A DNA stretch of 64,000 bases from Candidatus Saccharimonadales bacterium (GCA_025449905.1 JANWIN010000012.1:109318-173317), one strand, 5' to 3'; numbered from the stretch's first letter, positions 27,825 to 37,520 are shown. The notes: generated from the sequence alone by a model not told the origin. Numbers and translations: made by a program.

Positions 27825-27991
27825 CTGAGCAATGTGACGTGCTGACCTGTTTTCGGGCAGAGCCCGAAACTCTGTCAGCACTCTTGACGAATCGCTGTGT
27901 CAGTAACGCTCTGTCGCTCAGTCATCGTATTGGAATACGATTCCTTCGTTCCTCGCTACTTCCTAGCGCTTCATCCAAGCACATCGCTCAG
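27825..27991 (-). ncRNA. Structured intergenic element, family copy 2
   Basis: Closing helix CTGAGCAATGTG/CACATCGCTCAG; on the minus strand AGGAA/GACAC loop, CGTATT/AATACG tip, AGAG/ACAG loop. Confidence 0.75.
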
Positions 27992-28019
27992 GCGCCCCAT
28001 AGGGTACAATTAGCTCACA

Positions 28020-28832
28020 ATGGAAGATTTAGTAGCTAAGAAGTCGTTGGGGCAGCACTGGTTAACAGATAGCAACACCTTAGAGGCTATGTGTGATGCT
28101 GCCGCTGTTGTGACAGGGGACAATATTCTGGAAATAGGGCCGGGAAGGGGGTCTTTGACTGCTTCCCTATTAAGTCGCGGGGCAAAAGTGGTGGCGGTTG
28201 AATTAGATGAGCGTTTAGCGACTGATTTAAAGCGTAAATTTAAAGATCAACCCTTCACACTTAACATGTTAAGTATTATAGATTATGATTTATCCTCAAT
28301 GCCAGCTGATTATAAAATTGTTGCCAATATCCCTTATTATTTGACCAATCACCTGCTCCGCCTGCTGGTTGACACTTCCGCCCAGCCGCTTCAAGCCGCG
28401 CTTTTAGTTCAAAAAGAAGTCGCCGAGCGCGTCGTGGCAAAGCCAGGGGAGATGTCAATTGTCGCTGTGGCTGTTCAGCTTTTTTATAAACCAAGTCTTG
28501 GGCGCATTGTGCCGGCCCAACTGTTTGAGCCGCCGCCAAAAGTCGATTCACAAATTCTAATGCTCAAAAGGCGAAAACAACCACTGTTTGACGACACAGA
28601 AACCGATAAATTTATGAGAATAGTTAAAGCCGGCTTTAGCGCCAAACGCAAAAAACTACGCAGCAGCTTGGCTGGTGGCTTAAGAATCACAAAGCCCGAA
28701 GCTGAAAAATTATTACAAAAGGCAAAGATTGATCCCAACCAGCGTGCCCAGGAACTGACGCTGAATAACTGGCACGACCTCTACAAAATTGTACAACTTA
28801 GTGACGATCGTCAATATCTTGTACAATTTTAA
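28020..28832 (+). CDS. rsmA: 16S rRNA dimethyladenosine transferase
   Basis: KKSLGQHWL, LEIGPGRG, VANIPYY, VQKEVAER, FEPPPKVDS. Confidence 0.96.
   Translation: MEDLVAKKSLGQHWLTDSNTLEAMCDAAAVVTGDNILEIGPGRGSLTASLLSRGAKVVAVELDERLATDLKRKFKDQPFTLNMLSIIDYDLSSMPADYKIVANIPYYLTNHLLRLLVDTSAQPLQAALLVQKEVAERVVAKPGEMSIVAVAVQLFYKPSLGRIVPAQLFEPPPKVDSQILMLKRRKQPLFDDTETDKFMRIVKAGFSAKRKKLRSSLAGGLRITKPEAEKLLQKAKIDPNQRAQELTLNNWHDLYKIVQLSDDRQYLVQF
28785..28830. repeat. 46-bp palindromic repeat, copy 1
   Basis: AAAATTGTACAA-CTTAG-TGACGATCGTCA-ATATC-TTGTACAATTTT; near-identical copy at 47134. Confidence 0.85.
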
Positions 28833-28895
28833 GCCCGTCTCCCCCGCTGATACTTGACATGTTAAGTATCACAAGCTAAAATAGCATTAGCATTT

Positions 28896-29354
28896 TTGTT
28901 TATGAGCGCCATAGATAATATCGGTTATGTACTTCATCACCTCTCTTTTGTTCTAGACCGTCAATCTGACCAAGTTTTACAGGAACAGCTTGGTATTGGT
29001 TTCTCGCAGTTTAAGATATTAATGGTGCTGAAGTGGAACCCTTCGGTTCAGCAAAAGACCATTGCTGATAACTTGGGCCAAACCGAAGCCAGTGTTAGTC
29101 GGCAGATTAAACTGCTTAAAAATAAGAACTTAATCACGCCTAAAGTTAATCCTAGGAACAAGCGTCAGCACATAACTACGCTAACTACTAAAGGCGAAAG
29201 ATTGACTGAAGCAGCTTTGGAAATTTTGAACAAATACCACTCGCCAATTTTTGCTCGCCTTAGCGAAAAACAGAGAGCAGAGATACTTAATTCGCTAAAT
29301 ATTATGCATTCTGCGGCTTGCGGCGAGCACGAAACAAATGTGCTAAACTATTAA
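28896..29354 (+). CDS. MarR family transcriptional regulator
   Basis: SQFKILMVL, QKTIADNLGQTEASVSRQIKLL wHTH, NKR..LTTKG. Confidence 0.9.
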   Translation: MFMSAIDNIGYVLHHLSFVLDRQSDQVLQEQLGIGFSQFKILMVLKWNPSVQQKTIADNLGQTEASVSRQIKLLKNKNLITPKVNPRNKRQHITTLTTKGERLTEAALEILNKYHSPIFARLSEKQRAEILNSLNIMHSAACGEHETNVLNY

Positions 29355-29359
29355 GCTGA

Positions 29360-30658
29360 ATGGCAAAAAACCTCAACGATAGACTGGAAGGCAGGGCTCT
29401 GCCTATAGTTCTATCGATTATCTTTTTAGACGTACTGGGCATTGGTATATTGTTTCCAGTCTTGCCCCAGCTTATTTTCCAGATTTTTATCCCGGCTGGG
29501 CATAGTTACTCCGGTTCACTGATAATGCTGGGCTGGCTGGTTGGTATTTATCCCTTGATGCAATTCGTGGCTACACCAATTTTAGGCCAGCTAAGCGACC
29601 GCTTTGGCCGAAAACCAGTTCTGGGTATAAGCGTGGCCGGTACGGCTTTGGGGTATGTCTTATTTGCCATTGGTATAATCACCAAAAATATCCCGTTGTT
29701 GTTTTTTGCTAGAGCCTTTGACGGGATTACGGGAGGAAATCTTAGTGTCGCCCGGGCGGTGATTGCTGATGTCAGCTCTCCAGAGCACCGCACCCGCAAC
29801 TTTGGTTTTATCGGGGCGGCGTTTGGTATGGGCTTTGTTATGGGGCCCTATCTGGGTGCCCGCTTAGCTACGCCAGGTGCCAATTTTTTTGGACTGTTTA
29901 ATACCCCGCATTGGTTTAATGCCGCTACACCGTTTTGGTTCACGGCTATTTTGAGCCTTATGAATGTGCTTCTGATAATGTTTATTTTGCCGGAAACACA
30001 TAAGCACATACAAAAACACGTCAAGATTATTTGGTCCAAGTCGCTAAGCAATATTAAAAAGGCCGCTACCAGCCCGACGCTTCGGGTTATCTTTGGTTCG
30101 GAGTTTTTGTTTTGGAGCGGCTTCACCTTCTTTACGACCTTCTTCCAGGTCCTGTTAATTCAAAAGCTGCATTTTACTCCGGCCAATGTCGGTGACTTTT
30201 TTGCCTACATTGGTATTTGGCTGGCTGTGTCACAGGCTACCTTAACGGTTGCTCTAGCCAAACGCTATAAAAACTGGACAGTCCTAAAATTTGGCTTTAT
30301 AGCGGCCGGGCTAACCCTCTATGCCATGCTGTGGCCGGTCAATACAACTCAGCTGTTAATTGTGACGCCTTTCTTCGCGATGTTTGCCGGGCTGGTTATT
30401 GCCAACGCTACGGCTTTAGTAAGCCTGTCGGCAGATAAGACCATTCAAGGCGAAGTATTAGGTATAGATTTTAGCGTTCAGGCCCTAGCTCAAGCTATAC
30501 CGGCCATCATTGCCGGCTATATAGCTACTATGGGAATTAACGTGCCGGTGATAGTTGGCGGTTCGGTAGTTATACTTGGCGGTATTTTCTTCAATATCTT
30601 TTATCGTCCTCCGAAGCATTTGCTACATCAAGATGCTGATCAAGCCACTCTTGGGTAG
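29360..30658 (+). CDS. MFS transporter, TetA/DHA1-like
   Basis: GQLSDRFGRKPV motif A, ARAFDGITGG, GAAFGMGFVMGP motif C; 12 TMs. Confidence 0.92.
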   Translation: MAKNLNDRLEGRALPIVLSIIFLDVLGIGILFPVLPQLIFQIFIPAGHSYSGSLIMLGWLVGIYPLMQFVATPILGQLSDRFGRKPVLGISVAGTALGYVLFAIGIITKNIPLLFFARAFDGITGGNLSVARAVIADVSSPEHRTRNFGFIGAAFGMGFVMGPYLGARLATPGANFFGLFNTPHWFNAATPFWFTAILSLMNVLLIMFILPETHKHIQKHVKIIWSKSLSNIKKAATSPTLRVIFGSEFLFWSGFTFFTTFFQVLLIQKLHFTPANVGDFFAYIGIWLAVSQATLTVALAKRYKNWTVLKFGFIAAGLTLYAMLWPVNTTQLLIVTPFFAMFAGLVIANATALVSLSADKTIQGEVLGIDFSVQALAQAIPAIIAGYIATMGINVPVIVGGSVVILGGIFFNIFYRPPKHLLHQDADQATLG

Positions 30659-30661
30659 GTA

Positions 30662-30728
30662 TTGACCCCGCCAGTTAGATTGATAGACGTTGTCTTGCGC
30701 AGCAAATCAATCTAACAGGCGGGGTTGA
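30662..30728. repeat. REP-like long hairpin upstream of ssrA
   Basis: GACCCCGCC-AGTTAGATTGAT...ATCAATCTAAC-AGGCGGGGTT inverted repeat. Confidence 0.75.
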
Positions 30729-30753
30729 CAAAAATGTGCTTATGGTTTATTAT
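30725..30753 (+). promoter_or_regulatory. Sigma70 promoter of ssrA
   Basis: TTGACA-17 bp-TATTAT, 10 nt before the tmRNA 5' end. Confidence 0.8.
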
Positions 30754-30763
30754 TATTTGTTAC

Positions 30764-31178
30764 GGGGCTGAATTAAGCTTGACGTTAGTACTTTATCGGT
30801 TAGATCAGCAGGTCGCTTGTCAGCGTTATAGGCAAAACCCAAGTAATTGCAAAATTTCTTGACCGCGTAGCTACTGCTTTCGAGAACGCACGTGCAAACG
30901 TTGCTTCTCTCTTTAGCAATCTAGCTTACGCACCAATTGCAGCTTAATATTATCTGCAATCGCGCCTAACATGACATCAGATAACGCTAGTGCGTGTCAT
31001 ATCATCTGGTTGCGCAGACTTTACGGTCCGTAAATCTGCTAAGACTTTAGGACACACAGAGAATGACTTTTTGGCTGTTTATCGGTCATTCTTTGTTCAA
31101 AGCTAAATAGCCTAAACCTGTAGGAAGACTAACTAATAAACTAAACGGACGCCGGAGCATTACCGGCCAGCTCCACCA
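30764..31178 (+). ncRNA. ssrA: tmRNA
   Basis: 5' GGGGCTG pairs with 3' CAGCTCC-ACCA (G3.U alanine identity); tag ORF 30849-30947 AKFLDRVATAFENARANVASLFSNLAYAPIAA*. Confidence 0.93.
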
Positions 31179-31183
31179 TAAAC

Positions 31184-31208
31184 GCTCGAGTTAGGCTCGA
31201 GCTTTTTT
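31184..31208 (+). terminator. Intrinsic terminator of ssrA
   Basis: GCTCGAG-TTAGG-CTCGAGC followed by a T6 run. Confidence 0.85.
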
Positions 31209-31222
31209 GTTACTATGTAGAG

Positions 31223-31636
31223 GTGCATGAAGAGAGAATTATGAAGGAGTTAAAAGCTGCTGGTGTTACCAGGTATGGCATGAAAAAGTTTGCAGTTAAA
31301 TATTTGCCAAAAATTATCCATGAAAAAGAGCACGTACACGGCGTAATATATGGACGGTACGCTGACAATGAAGGTAGTTTGACGCTAAATGAAGGTGTCT
31401 TGGTTGCCACCGATAAAAAGATAATATTTGTTGATCATAAGCCCGGCTTCACCAACACTGATGAAATAACTTACGATGTGGTTTCAGGAATAAAAAAAAC
31501 GACAGCACTATTTTCGGCAGTGAGTCTTCACACAAGACTTGGCGATTATTCTTTTAGATTTATAAATCCAAAATGCGCAAACACATTTGTTGCTTATGTT
31601 GAAAAAAAACGCCTGGAAGCCAGCAATAATAAATAA
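31223..31636 (+). CDS. Bacterial PH-domain protein
   Basis: GVLVATDKKIIFVD...ITYDVVSGI pattern. Confidence 0.75.
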   Translation: MHEERIMKELKAAGVTRYGMKKFAVKYLPKIIHEKEHVHGVIYGRYADNEGSLTLNEGVLVATDKKIIFVDHKPGFTNTDEITYDVVSGIKKTTALFSAVSLHTRLGDYSFRFINPKCANTFVAYVEKKRLEASNNK

Positions 31637-31645
31637 AATCTATCA

Positions 31646-32416
31646 ATGATTCTTAATTACACAGTAAAAGGTGATGGGCCGCCCATTTTATTAATTCATG
31701 GTATGGCGGCAAGCTTGCGTTATTGGGAAGCCTATATGGAAGAGCTGGCTAAAAATCATAAAGTCATAGCTATTGACTTACTGGGTTTTGGACATTCGCC
31801 AACACCAAAAATTGGCTATACACCCGAAGACCATGTAAAAGCCATTCAAGAAACCCTGCAATCATTAAAAATTGCTGGCTCCATGACTGTAGTTGCTCAC
31901 TCTATGGGCGCGCTAATAGCCCTAAGATATGCCACAATTTATCCCACCCTGGTTTCTAAACTCATTTTAATTGGCATGCCAATTTATAAAAGTCCTGGTG
32001 AGGCCAAAGCCGACATTACACGCTCCAAAAGTAGCTTGCGATTTACCTACTACGGGCGCACTTCACAAATTCTATGCACCACCTGGTGCCGCTTGCTTCG
32101 GCCGGTTACTAAACACTTGGCGCCGCTTTATCTGCCAAAACTGCCAAAACATGTTGCCCAAGACAGCTTGCTGCATACTTGGAATGCTTATTCCCAAAGC
32201 TTGCACGAGGTTATTGAAAACCAGCACGTTGAAAAAGATCTAAATCAACTGAGCATGCCTATTAATTTGATTTATGGCGACAGCGAATCTAAACTGGCGC
32301 AGGCCAATTTAGCCGACATCAAGCTGGGCCCAAATATGAAAAAAATAGTTTTACCCGGGACACACAGCCTGCCATTGGAGCGAGTTGAAGAACTCTCGAA
32401 GATAATTTTGGCTTAG
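31646..32416 (+). CDS. Alpha/beta hydrolase
   Basis: LIHGM, DLLGFGHS, AHSMGA nucleophile elbow, C-terminal GTH. Confidence 0.92.
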   Translation: MILNYTVKGDGPPILLIHGMAASLRYWEAYMEELAKNHKVIAIDLLGFGHSPTPKIGYTPEDHVKAIQETLQSLKIAGSMTVVAHSMGALIALRYATIYPTLVSKLILIGMPIYKSPGEAKADITRSKSSLRFTYYGRTSQILCTTWCRLLRPVTKHLAPLYLPKLPKHVAQDSLLHTWNAYSQSLHEVIENQHVEKDLNQLSMPINLIYGDSESKLAQANLADIKLGPNMKKIVLPGTHSLPLERVEELSKIILA

Positions 32417-32625
32417 GATTTTTTACGGAGCATCAGCTTCAAGTTCGAAATATAATGTTTAGGATTTAGAGTCGGGTGCGCTTTTAAATAAGCCAAGTGC
32501 GTTTCAACAAATGTAATTCGATTAGTAGGCCAAAGTATAGTATTAGCTCGGTAAGCTGATTCGGTTACAAAAGTCGGGTCTTTTTCCATAGAACGTAGTT
32601 CTGACAATATCTCAGTTTCTTCCAT
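32413..32625 (-). CDS. Small hypothetical protein
   Basis: 70 aa ORF filling the intergenic gap, with a -10-like box upstream. Confidence 0.65.
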   Translation of the reverse strand: MEETEILSELRSMEKDPTFVTESAYRANTILWPTNRITFVETHLAYLKAHPTLNPKHYISNLKLMLRKKS

Positions 32626-32666
32626 CTTTAACTATATTATGCGCTCATCGGGAGTAAAAACCTAAT

Positions 32667-33566
32667 CTAGACCACTTGTTTTATGTCTTTGACAACCCGA
32701 CCGTCTCGCATATGAATAACGCGTTTACAGGCTTTTGCTACTTCGGGATTGTGGGTAACGATGATAAAAGTCTGCCCATTAGCATTCAGTTTTTTAATGA
32801 GTTTCATTATTTGGGCGGTCATTTTAGAGTCTAGCTCGCCGGTCAACTCATCGCCTAAAATAATAGACGGCTTGTTAACAATTGAACGTGCAATAGCTAC
32901 GCGCTGCTGCTGACCGCCAGAAAGTTCACTAGGGGTGTGTTTAATTCGTTCTTCGAGCCCAACTTGTTGCAATGCTTCTGCAGCAGTTTTTCGTCTTTTT
33001 CTAATGTGCATTCCACTGTAGCGCAACGGCAGCATCACATTTTCAAGTGCGGTTAGTGTCGGCACTAGGTTGAAAGACTGAAAAACAAAGCCTAGCTCAC
33101 GAGAGCGAATTTCGGGCAGTTCATTATGGCTAATTGAGGCAACACTTTTACCGTTCAAGAACATCTGTCCTGATGATGGATCATCTAATAGGCCGAGCAT
33201 ATTGAGCAGAGTTGATTTACCACTACCAGAAGGGCCAATTACGGCTACCAGATCACCCTTATTAATTCTTAGGTCGACGCTGTTTAGAGCGTGAATCACC
33301 GAACCGCGGTCGCGCGGCCGTTTACGCAGCGACTTTCCCGTGACGGTTTTGTAGCTGGCCTCGTACTGCTCGTTAGCAAATAATGTTTGAGCTTTTTGCA
33401 AAACTCTAGCCACTTTCTTTGCTTCTAATTCATTATTTTTGGCAATAAATTTTTCATATTTCTTTTGCAACGCGGAAATAGCTTTTTGGGCACGCTTAGC
33501 ATTTTTACGTCTGCCGACAATGTAGGTTTTGGTCAAGTTGTTAAGTTTTAAAATTGGCTCAGTCAT
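32667..33566 (-). CDS. ABC transporter ATP-binding protein (LolD/MacB-type) with N-terminal basic insertion
   Basis: GPSGSGKST, GFVFQSFNL, LSGGQQQRVAIAR, DELTGELD, VTHN. Confidence 0.93.
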   Translation of the reverse strand: MTEPILKLNNLTKTYIVGRRKNAKRAQKAISALQKKYEKFIAKNNELEAKKVARVLQKAQTLFANEQYEASYKTVTGKSLRKRPRDRGSVIHALNSVDLRINKGDLVAVIGPSGSGKSTLLNMLGLLDDPSSGQMFLNGKSVASISHNELPEIRSRELGFVFQSFNLVPTLTALENVMLPLRYSGMHIRKRRKTAAEALQQVGLEERIKHTPSELSGGQQQRVAIARSIVNKPSIILGDELTGELDSKMTAQIMKLIKKLNANGQTFIIVTHNPEVAKACKRVIHMRDGRVVKDIKQVV

Positions 33567-33568
33567 AG

Positions 33569-34732
33569 CTATTCGTTCCTCAGAGCTTTAACAATATTGA
33601 TTTTGGCCGCATGAAAAGCCGGATAAAAACCGGCAATAATTCCAAGTACAACCGCAAAGGCAATGGCAAAAATTGAAATTCGTGCACTTAGTAAAAATAT
33701 TACATTACCGCTATCTTCCAGTGCGCCGTTTACGAGGGTTATAACCAGTGCACCTAATCCCCAACCAATTAAACCGCCCAATAGTCCAATCAATCCGGCC
33801 TCGGTTAGGTACTCGGCCAAGATATTTTTGGTTTTAGCACCCATAGCTTTTTTAATACCAATTTCACGAGTTCGCTCCGAGATAGACATAGTCATAGTGT
33901 TGATGACGCTCAGACCGCCGACAATCAGTGATATTATGGCAACGCCAAATAAGATGGCATTAAAAATACCGGTGGCTTTACCTATTTGTTCTTCAAAATC
34001 TTTCGGCCCAAAAGCATGGGCTTCTTTGACCTGTTCGTTTATTGACTTAGCTACTTCGTTTGGATCATTACCCTCTTTAATATAAACCGTGAAACCATTG
34101 ACAATGTCAGATGGCTTAGTTTGGGCGCGTATAACTTCTGGCTGTTCGTCGTAATAAATTTGCTGAGCATCGTGAAGCGTCATGAAAACTTCATTATCGG
34201 GCGTAGTCAGGGTTTTATTCATGATACCAACCACTTCATAATTTTTACCGCGAATTTCAACGCTTCCGCCGACTTTAGCGTCCAACTTCTTGACTAAGTC
34301 CGTACCAACTGTAACTTTGCCGTTGTCGCCCTCTTTTAGAGCCCGACCGTTGTAAGTAATCTTAAAAGTTTCGTAAGGAATGCTATTAAATTCGGTAGCT
34401 ACAATTGCCGCTGGCGGCCCAAGACTAACCTCATCAAACTTTTCTTCTAGACTCGTAAAGACAGTTCCTGAAACCTGAGAAACGCCTTCGACTCGGGCAA
34501 TTTCTTTAGCCTTGGAAGTACTCATGGGCGGCTGGACTATGAATGAATCAGTCTGGCTAACCGTAACCTTGTCTTTATAATAATCAGTCCCGCCGCTAAC
34601 TAGCAGGCTAATCTTTTCGGCCATCGAGCCCATAACGGTGAAAGCAAAAATGCCAATTGTAATACCAAAAACCGTCAGCATCGTCCTGGTTTTACGGCGC
34701 ATCATATTTTTTAAGGCTTCGCGCATAGCCAT
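33569..34732 (-). CDS. ABC transporter permease (MacB/FtsX-type)
   Basis: RTMLTVFGITIG, extracellular domain, SERTREIGIKKAMGA, four TMs. Confidence 0.93.
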   Translation of the reverse strand: MAMREALKNMMRRKTRTMLTVFGITIGIFAFTVMGSMAEKISLLVSGGTDYYKDKVTVSQTDSFIVQPPMSTSKAKEIARVEGVSQVSGTVFTSLEEKFDEVSLGPPAAIVATEFNSIPYETFKITYNGRALKEGDNGKVTVGTDLVKKLDAKVGGSVEIRGKNYEVVGIMNKTLTTPDNEVFMTLHDAQQIYYDEQPEVIRAQTKPSDIVNGFTVYIKEGNDPNEVAKSINEQVKEAHAFGPKDFEEQIGKATGIFNAILFGVAIISLIVGGLSVINTMTMSISERTREIGIKKAMGAKTKNILAEYLTEAGLIGLLGGLIGWGLGALVITLVNGALEDSGNVIFLLSARISIFAIAFAVVLGIIAGFYPAFHAAKINIVKALRNE

Positions 34733-34775
34733 AGTATAAACTATCGGCTTTTTTAGTTTGCTATCATAAGAACAA

Positions 34776-35402
34776 ATGAATAAAGAGCAAAAAATTCAGG
34801 TTTTTGCTTGGTCGCTCAGCGCTACAGTGGCCATATTAGCCATTATCGCTTGGGGCGGTGACATTAATTGGAAAATTTTTGACGTTTCTACCTACCAGCT
34901 GTTTCCAGTATTTGGCTTGCTAGCTTTTAGCCTTATGTGGGCACATTACATGGCCAGTGCCGCGCGGCAACACCTGAATGTTGATAGAGAAGTCTTAAAA
35001 CAGTGCTTTGAAGTAACCAGTTGGCTGGTTTTAGTACTCATTTTTCTACATCCCGGGCTTTTGACCTACCAGTTGTGGCGCGATGGGCTAGGTCTGCCAC
35101 CGGGCAGTGTTACAAAAAATTATGTGGCACCTGGACTGGGTTGGGTAGTAGTCTTAGCAGAAGTTAGCCTTTTAATATTTCTGGCGTATGAGCTTAGGCG
35201 CTGGTTCGATAAAAAATCTTGGTGGAAATACGTACAATACTCCAGCGATGCAGCAATGTTGGCTATTTTTTATCACGGGCTGCGACTGGGTGGTCAACTG
35301 CAGGGCGGCTGGTTTCGCTACTTGTGGTTCTTCTACGGCATCACCCTATTTATTGTTTTGATTTATAAATATTTCCGGAAATTATCTTCTAATAAGTCTT
35401 GA
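34776..35402 (+). CDS. Membrane protein, ferric-reductase-like TM domain
   Basis: About 6 TMs with intramembrane His (WAHY, FLHP, FYHG). Confidence 0.6.
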   Translation: MNKEQKIQVFAWSLSATVAILAIIAWGGDINWKIFDVSTYQLFPVFGLLAFSLMWAHYMASAARQHLNVDREVLKQCFEVTSWLVLVLIFLHPGLLTYQLWRDGLGLPPGSVTKNYVAPGLGWVVVLAEVSLLIFLAYELRRWFDKKSWWKYVQYSSDAAMLAIFYHGLRLGGQLQGGWFRYLWFFYGITLFIVLIYKYFRKLSSNKS

Positions 35403-35436
35403 CCCTGAATGGTTAGAAGCTTAGGCTGAAAAGATA

Positions 35437-36693
35437 ATGCTAAAACGCACACTTTCTAAAGCTAAAAGATTTGTTTTACGCGATAAGCCGGGCCTCTACG
35501 TTGAAGACGTGCAAGAGGCGCGGGAATATATCAATGGCTATTGGTCGCGCCTGAAACGCTTTCACCCAAAGGACGATGAAACGCTGCTGGGTTTGCCGTA
35601 TCCCTATTTAGTTCCAGCTTATGAACAAGACCACGAGTTCGATTTTAAAGAGATGTACTATTGGGATAGTTACTTTACGATTCAGGGGATGCTGGATGAG
35701 AAGCATAAAGAACTGGTCATGGGAATTTTAGAGAATCTGCTGCACATGCAGAAAAAATTCCACGCCATTCCTAATGCTTCGCGTACCTATTTAACCGGTC
35801 GTTCACAACCACCGCTGTTAACCAGCTTCATCTTTGATGTGTACGATGCCTATAACCCCGGCAAGCGCTGGCTAAAAAAAGCTATGGATAGGGCCAAGGA
35901 TGAATATCATTCAGTCTGGATGGGCACCGAAAAGCCCAACGCCCGGCTGGTTTATGAAGGCTTGAGCCGTTACTACGACATTAATTACCTGCACGACCTG
36001 GCCGAGGCCGAAAGCGGCTGGGATATGACGCCTCGCTTTGGGCGTAAGGCTATGAATTATGTGCCGGTTGATTTAAACGCTCTGCTTTATAAATATGAAG
36101 TGGATTTTGCTCGAACGGCTCAAATTTTAGGTGACGAGCAAGAAGCCAGCAAATGGCAGGCGGCTTCGCGCCGGCGCCAAAAAAATATGGATAGTTTAAT
36201 GTGGAGCCAAACCCGCAACCTCTATTACGATTATAATTTTGTCAAAACCCGCAAGTCAGCCGTAGCATCGTTAGCTAGCTACTACCCAATGTGGGCCGGT
36301 ATGGTTGATAAAAAAAGAGCTGCTGAATTAGTCAGGAGTCTTAAAAAGTTTGAGCAAAAAGGCGGTCTTAGTGCGACTGACGCGACCCAACTTGGCCAAC
36401 TTGTACCAGGCAGTGTGCCTACTCAATGGGCCTATCCAAATGGCTGGGCGCCGCTGCACTTTATCGTTATACAGGGACTTCGCCGTTATGGTTATGATGA
36501 CGTGGCTCGGCGCATAGCCCTTAAATGGCTTAAGACCAATAACAACTGGTTCAAAAAAGACCACGTCTTTCTGGAAAAGTACAATGTTGTCCAACCTGAC
36601 AAACCACCAGTCAAAGGACTTTATCCGTCACAAACCGGTTTTGGTTGGACTAATGCTATCTTTGAACGTTTCTGCCGCGATTTTCTGGACTAA
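35437..36693 (+). CDS. Trehalase (GH37)
   Basis: EMYYWDSYF, IPNASRTY..RSQPP, AESGWD, PVDLN, QW.YPNGWAP, EKYNV, GFGWTN. Confidence 0.93.
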   Translation: MLKRTLSKAKRFVLRDKPGLYVEDVQEAREYINGYWSRLKRFHPKDDETLLGLPYPYLVPAYEQDHEFDFKEMYYWDSYFTIQGMLDEKHKELVMGILENLLHMQKKFHAIPNASRTYLTGRSQPPLLTSFIFDVYDAYNPGKRWLKKAMDRAKDEYHSVWMGTEKPNARLVYEGLSRYYDINYLHDLAEAESGWDMTPRFGRKAMNYVPVDLNALLYKYEVDFARTAQILGDEQEASKWQAASRRRQKNMDSLMWSQTRNLYYDYNFVKTRKSAVASLASYYPMWAGMVDKKRAAELVRSLKKFEQKGGLSATDATQLGQLVPGSVPTQWAYPNGWAPLHFIVIQGLRRYGYDDVARRIALKWLKTNNNWFKKDHVFLEKYNVVQPDKPPVKGLYPSQTGFGWTNAIFERFCRDFLD

Positions 36694-36746
36694 TTTTGTA
36701 GTATACTTGGCTTATATAAATAGCGGGTGGAGAAAAGCGAGGGTAA

Positions 36747-37520
36747 ATGGCCATAAAGTCATTAGAAGAAATTAATGCTCCACAAGATAGAATCATAGGT
36801 GCTTTTGATCAGGACTCATGGGCAGAAGCCAGAGCTGGAATGGCTGAATATGGAAGTTATATTGGCTTAGGAAAAACAAACTCACTTTGTGATGAATTAG
36901 GTGTACCCGCTACTGTTAAAGAGCTGGCTAAATTCAACTTGCTTTCAATGATAGATCTGAAGGTTTACGATATTGACGACACAAATAGAAGGCGAACAAG
37001 AGTCGCTACATCAGCTGGGGCCTCAATGGTTACTTTGCATGCATCCAACTCAACTAAGGCCCTAAAGGATGCTGTTAAGGGAGTTGAGGAAGCAATGGCA
37101 TTGGACTCAACCTTGGCTAAACCTTGGCTATTGGGCGTAACTGTTTTAACCTCAATAAGAGATGATGGTGAAGAAACTTGCGAAAGTATATTTGGAGGCG
37201 ACAGAATGACAAAAGTCAGACAATTTGCTCACAAGGCTGCTGATGCTGGATTTGATGGAGTTGTTTGCTCTCCACAAGAAGCAGAAATGGTCAGAGACGA
37301 TAAGTATACAGAACATATGAAACTAGTTTTACCGGCGATCAGGCCGGTCTATGCCGTGAAGCCTGATGAGCAAGCAACTGCTACAACACCAAAAATTGCA
37401 ATAGAAGCCGGTGGTGACTTTTTGGTGGTCGGACGTCCATTAATTAAATCATATGATTATCATTTAACAGGTATTGAGGCAGCTCAAATAATCGCTCAAG
37501 AAATTGCGGAGGCAGCATAA
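36747..37520 (+). CDS. pyrF: Orotidine-5'-phosphate decarboxylase
   Basis: DLKVYDIDDT (DxKxxDIxxT), TLHAS, GVTVLTS, DGVVCS, PAIRP, LVVGRP. Confidence 0.9.
   Translation: MAIKSLEEINAPQDRIIGAFDQDSWAEARAGMAEYGSYIGLGKTNSLCDELGVPATVKELAKFNLLSMIDLKVYDIDDTNRRRTRVATSAGASMVTLHASNSTKALKDAVKGVEEAMALDSTLAKPWLLGVTVLTSIRDDGEETCESIFGGDRMTKVRQFAHKAADAGFDGVVCSPQEAEMVRDDKYTEHMKLVLPAIRPVYAVKPDEQATATTPKIAIEAGGDFLVVGRPLIKSYDYHLTGIEAAQIIAQEIAEAA

Noticed and set aside
27839..28039. 66-aa ORF in the track
   Set aside because: Lies over structured element copy 2 and overlaps the rsmA start; no protein features.
29360..30658. Acquired tetracycline-resistance element
   Set aside because: TetA-like MFS motifs do not establish substrate; the regulator is MarR rather than TetR and no mobile-element genes flank it.
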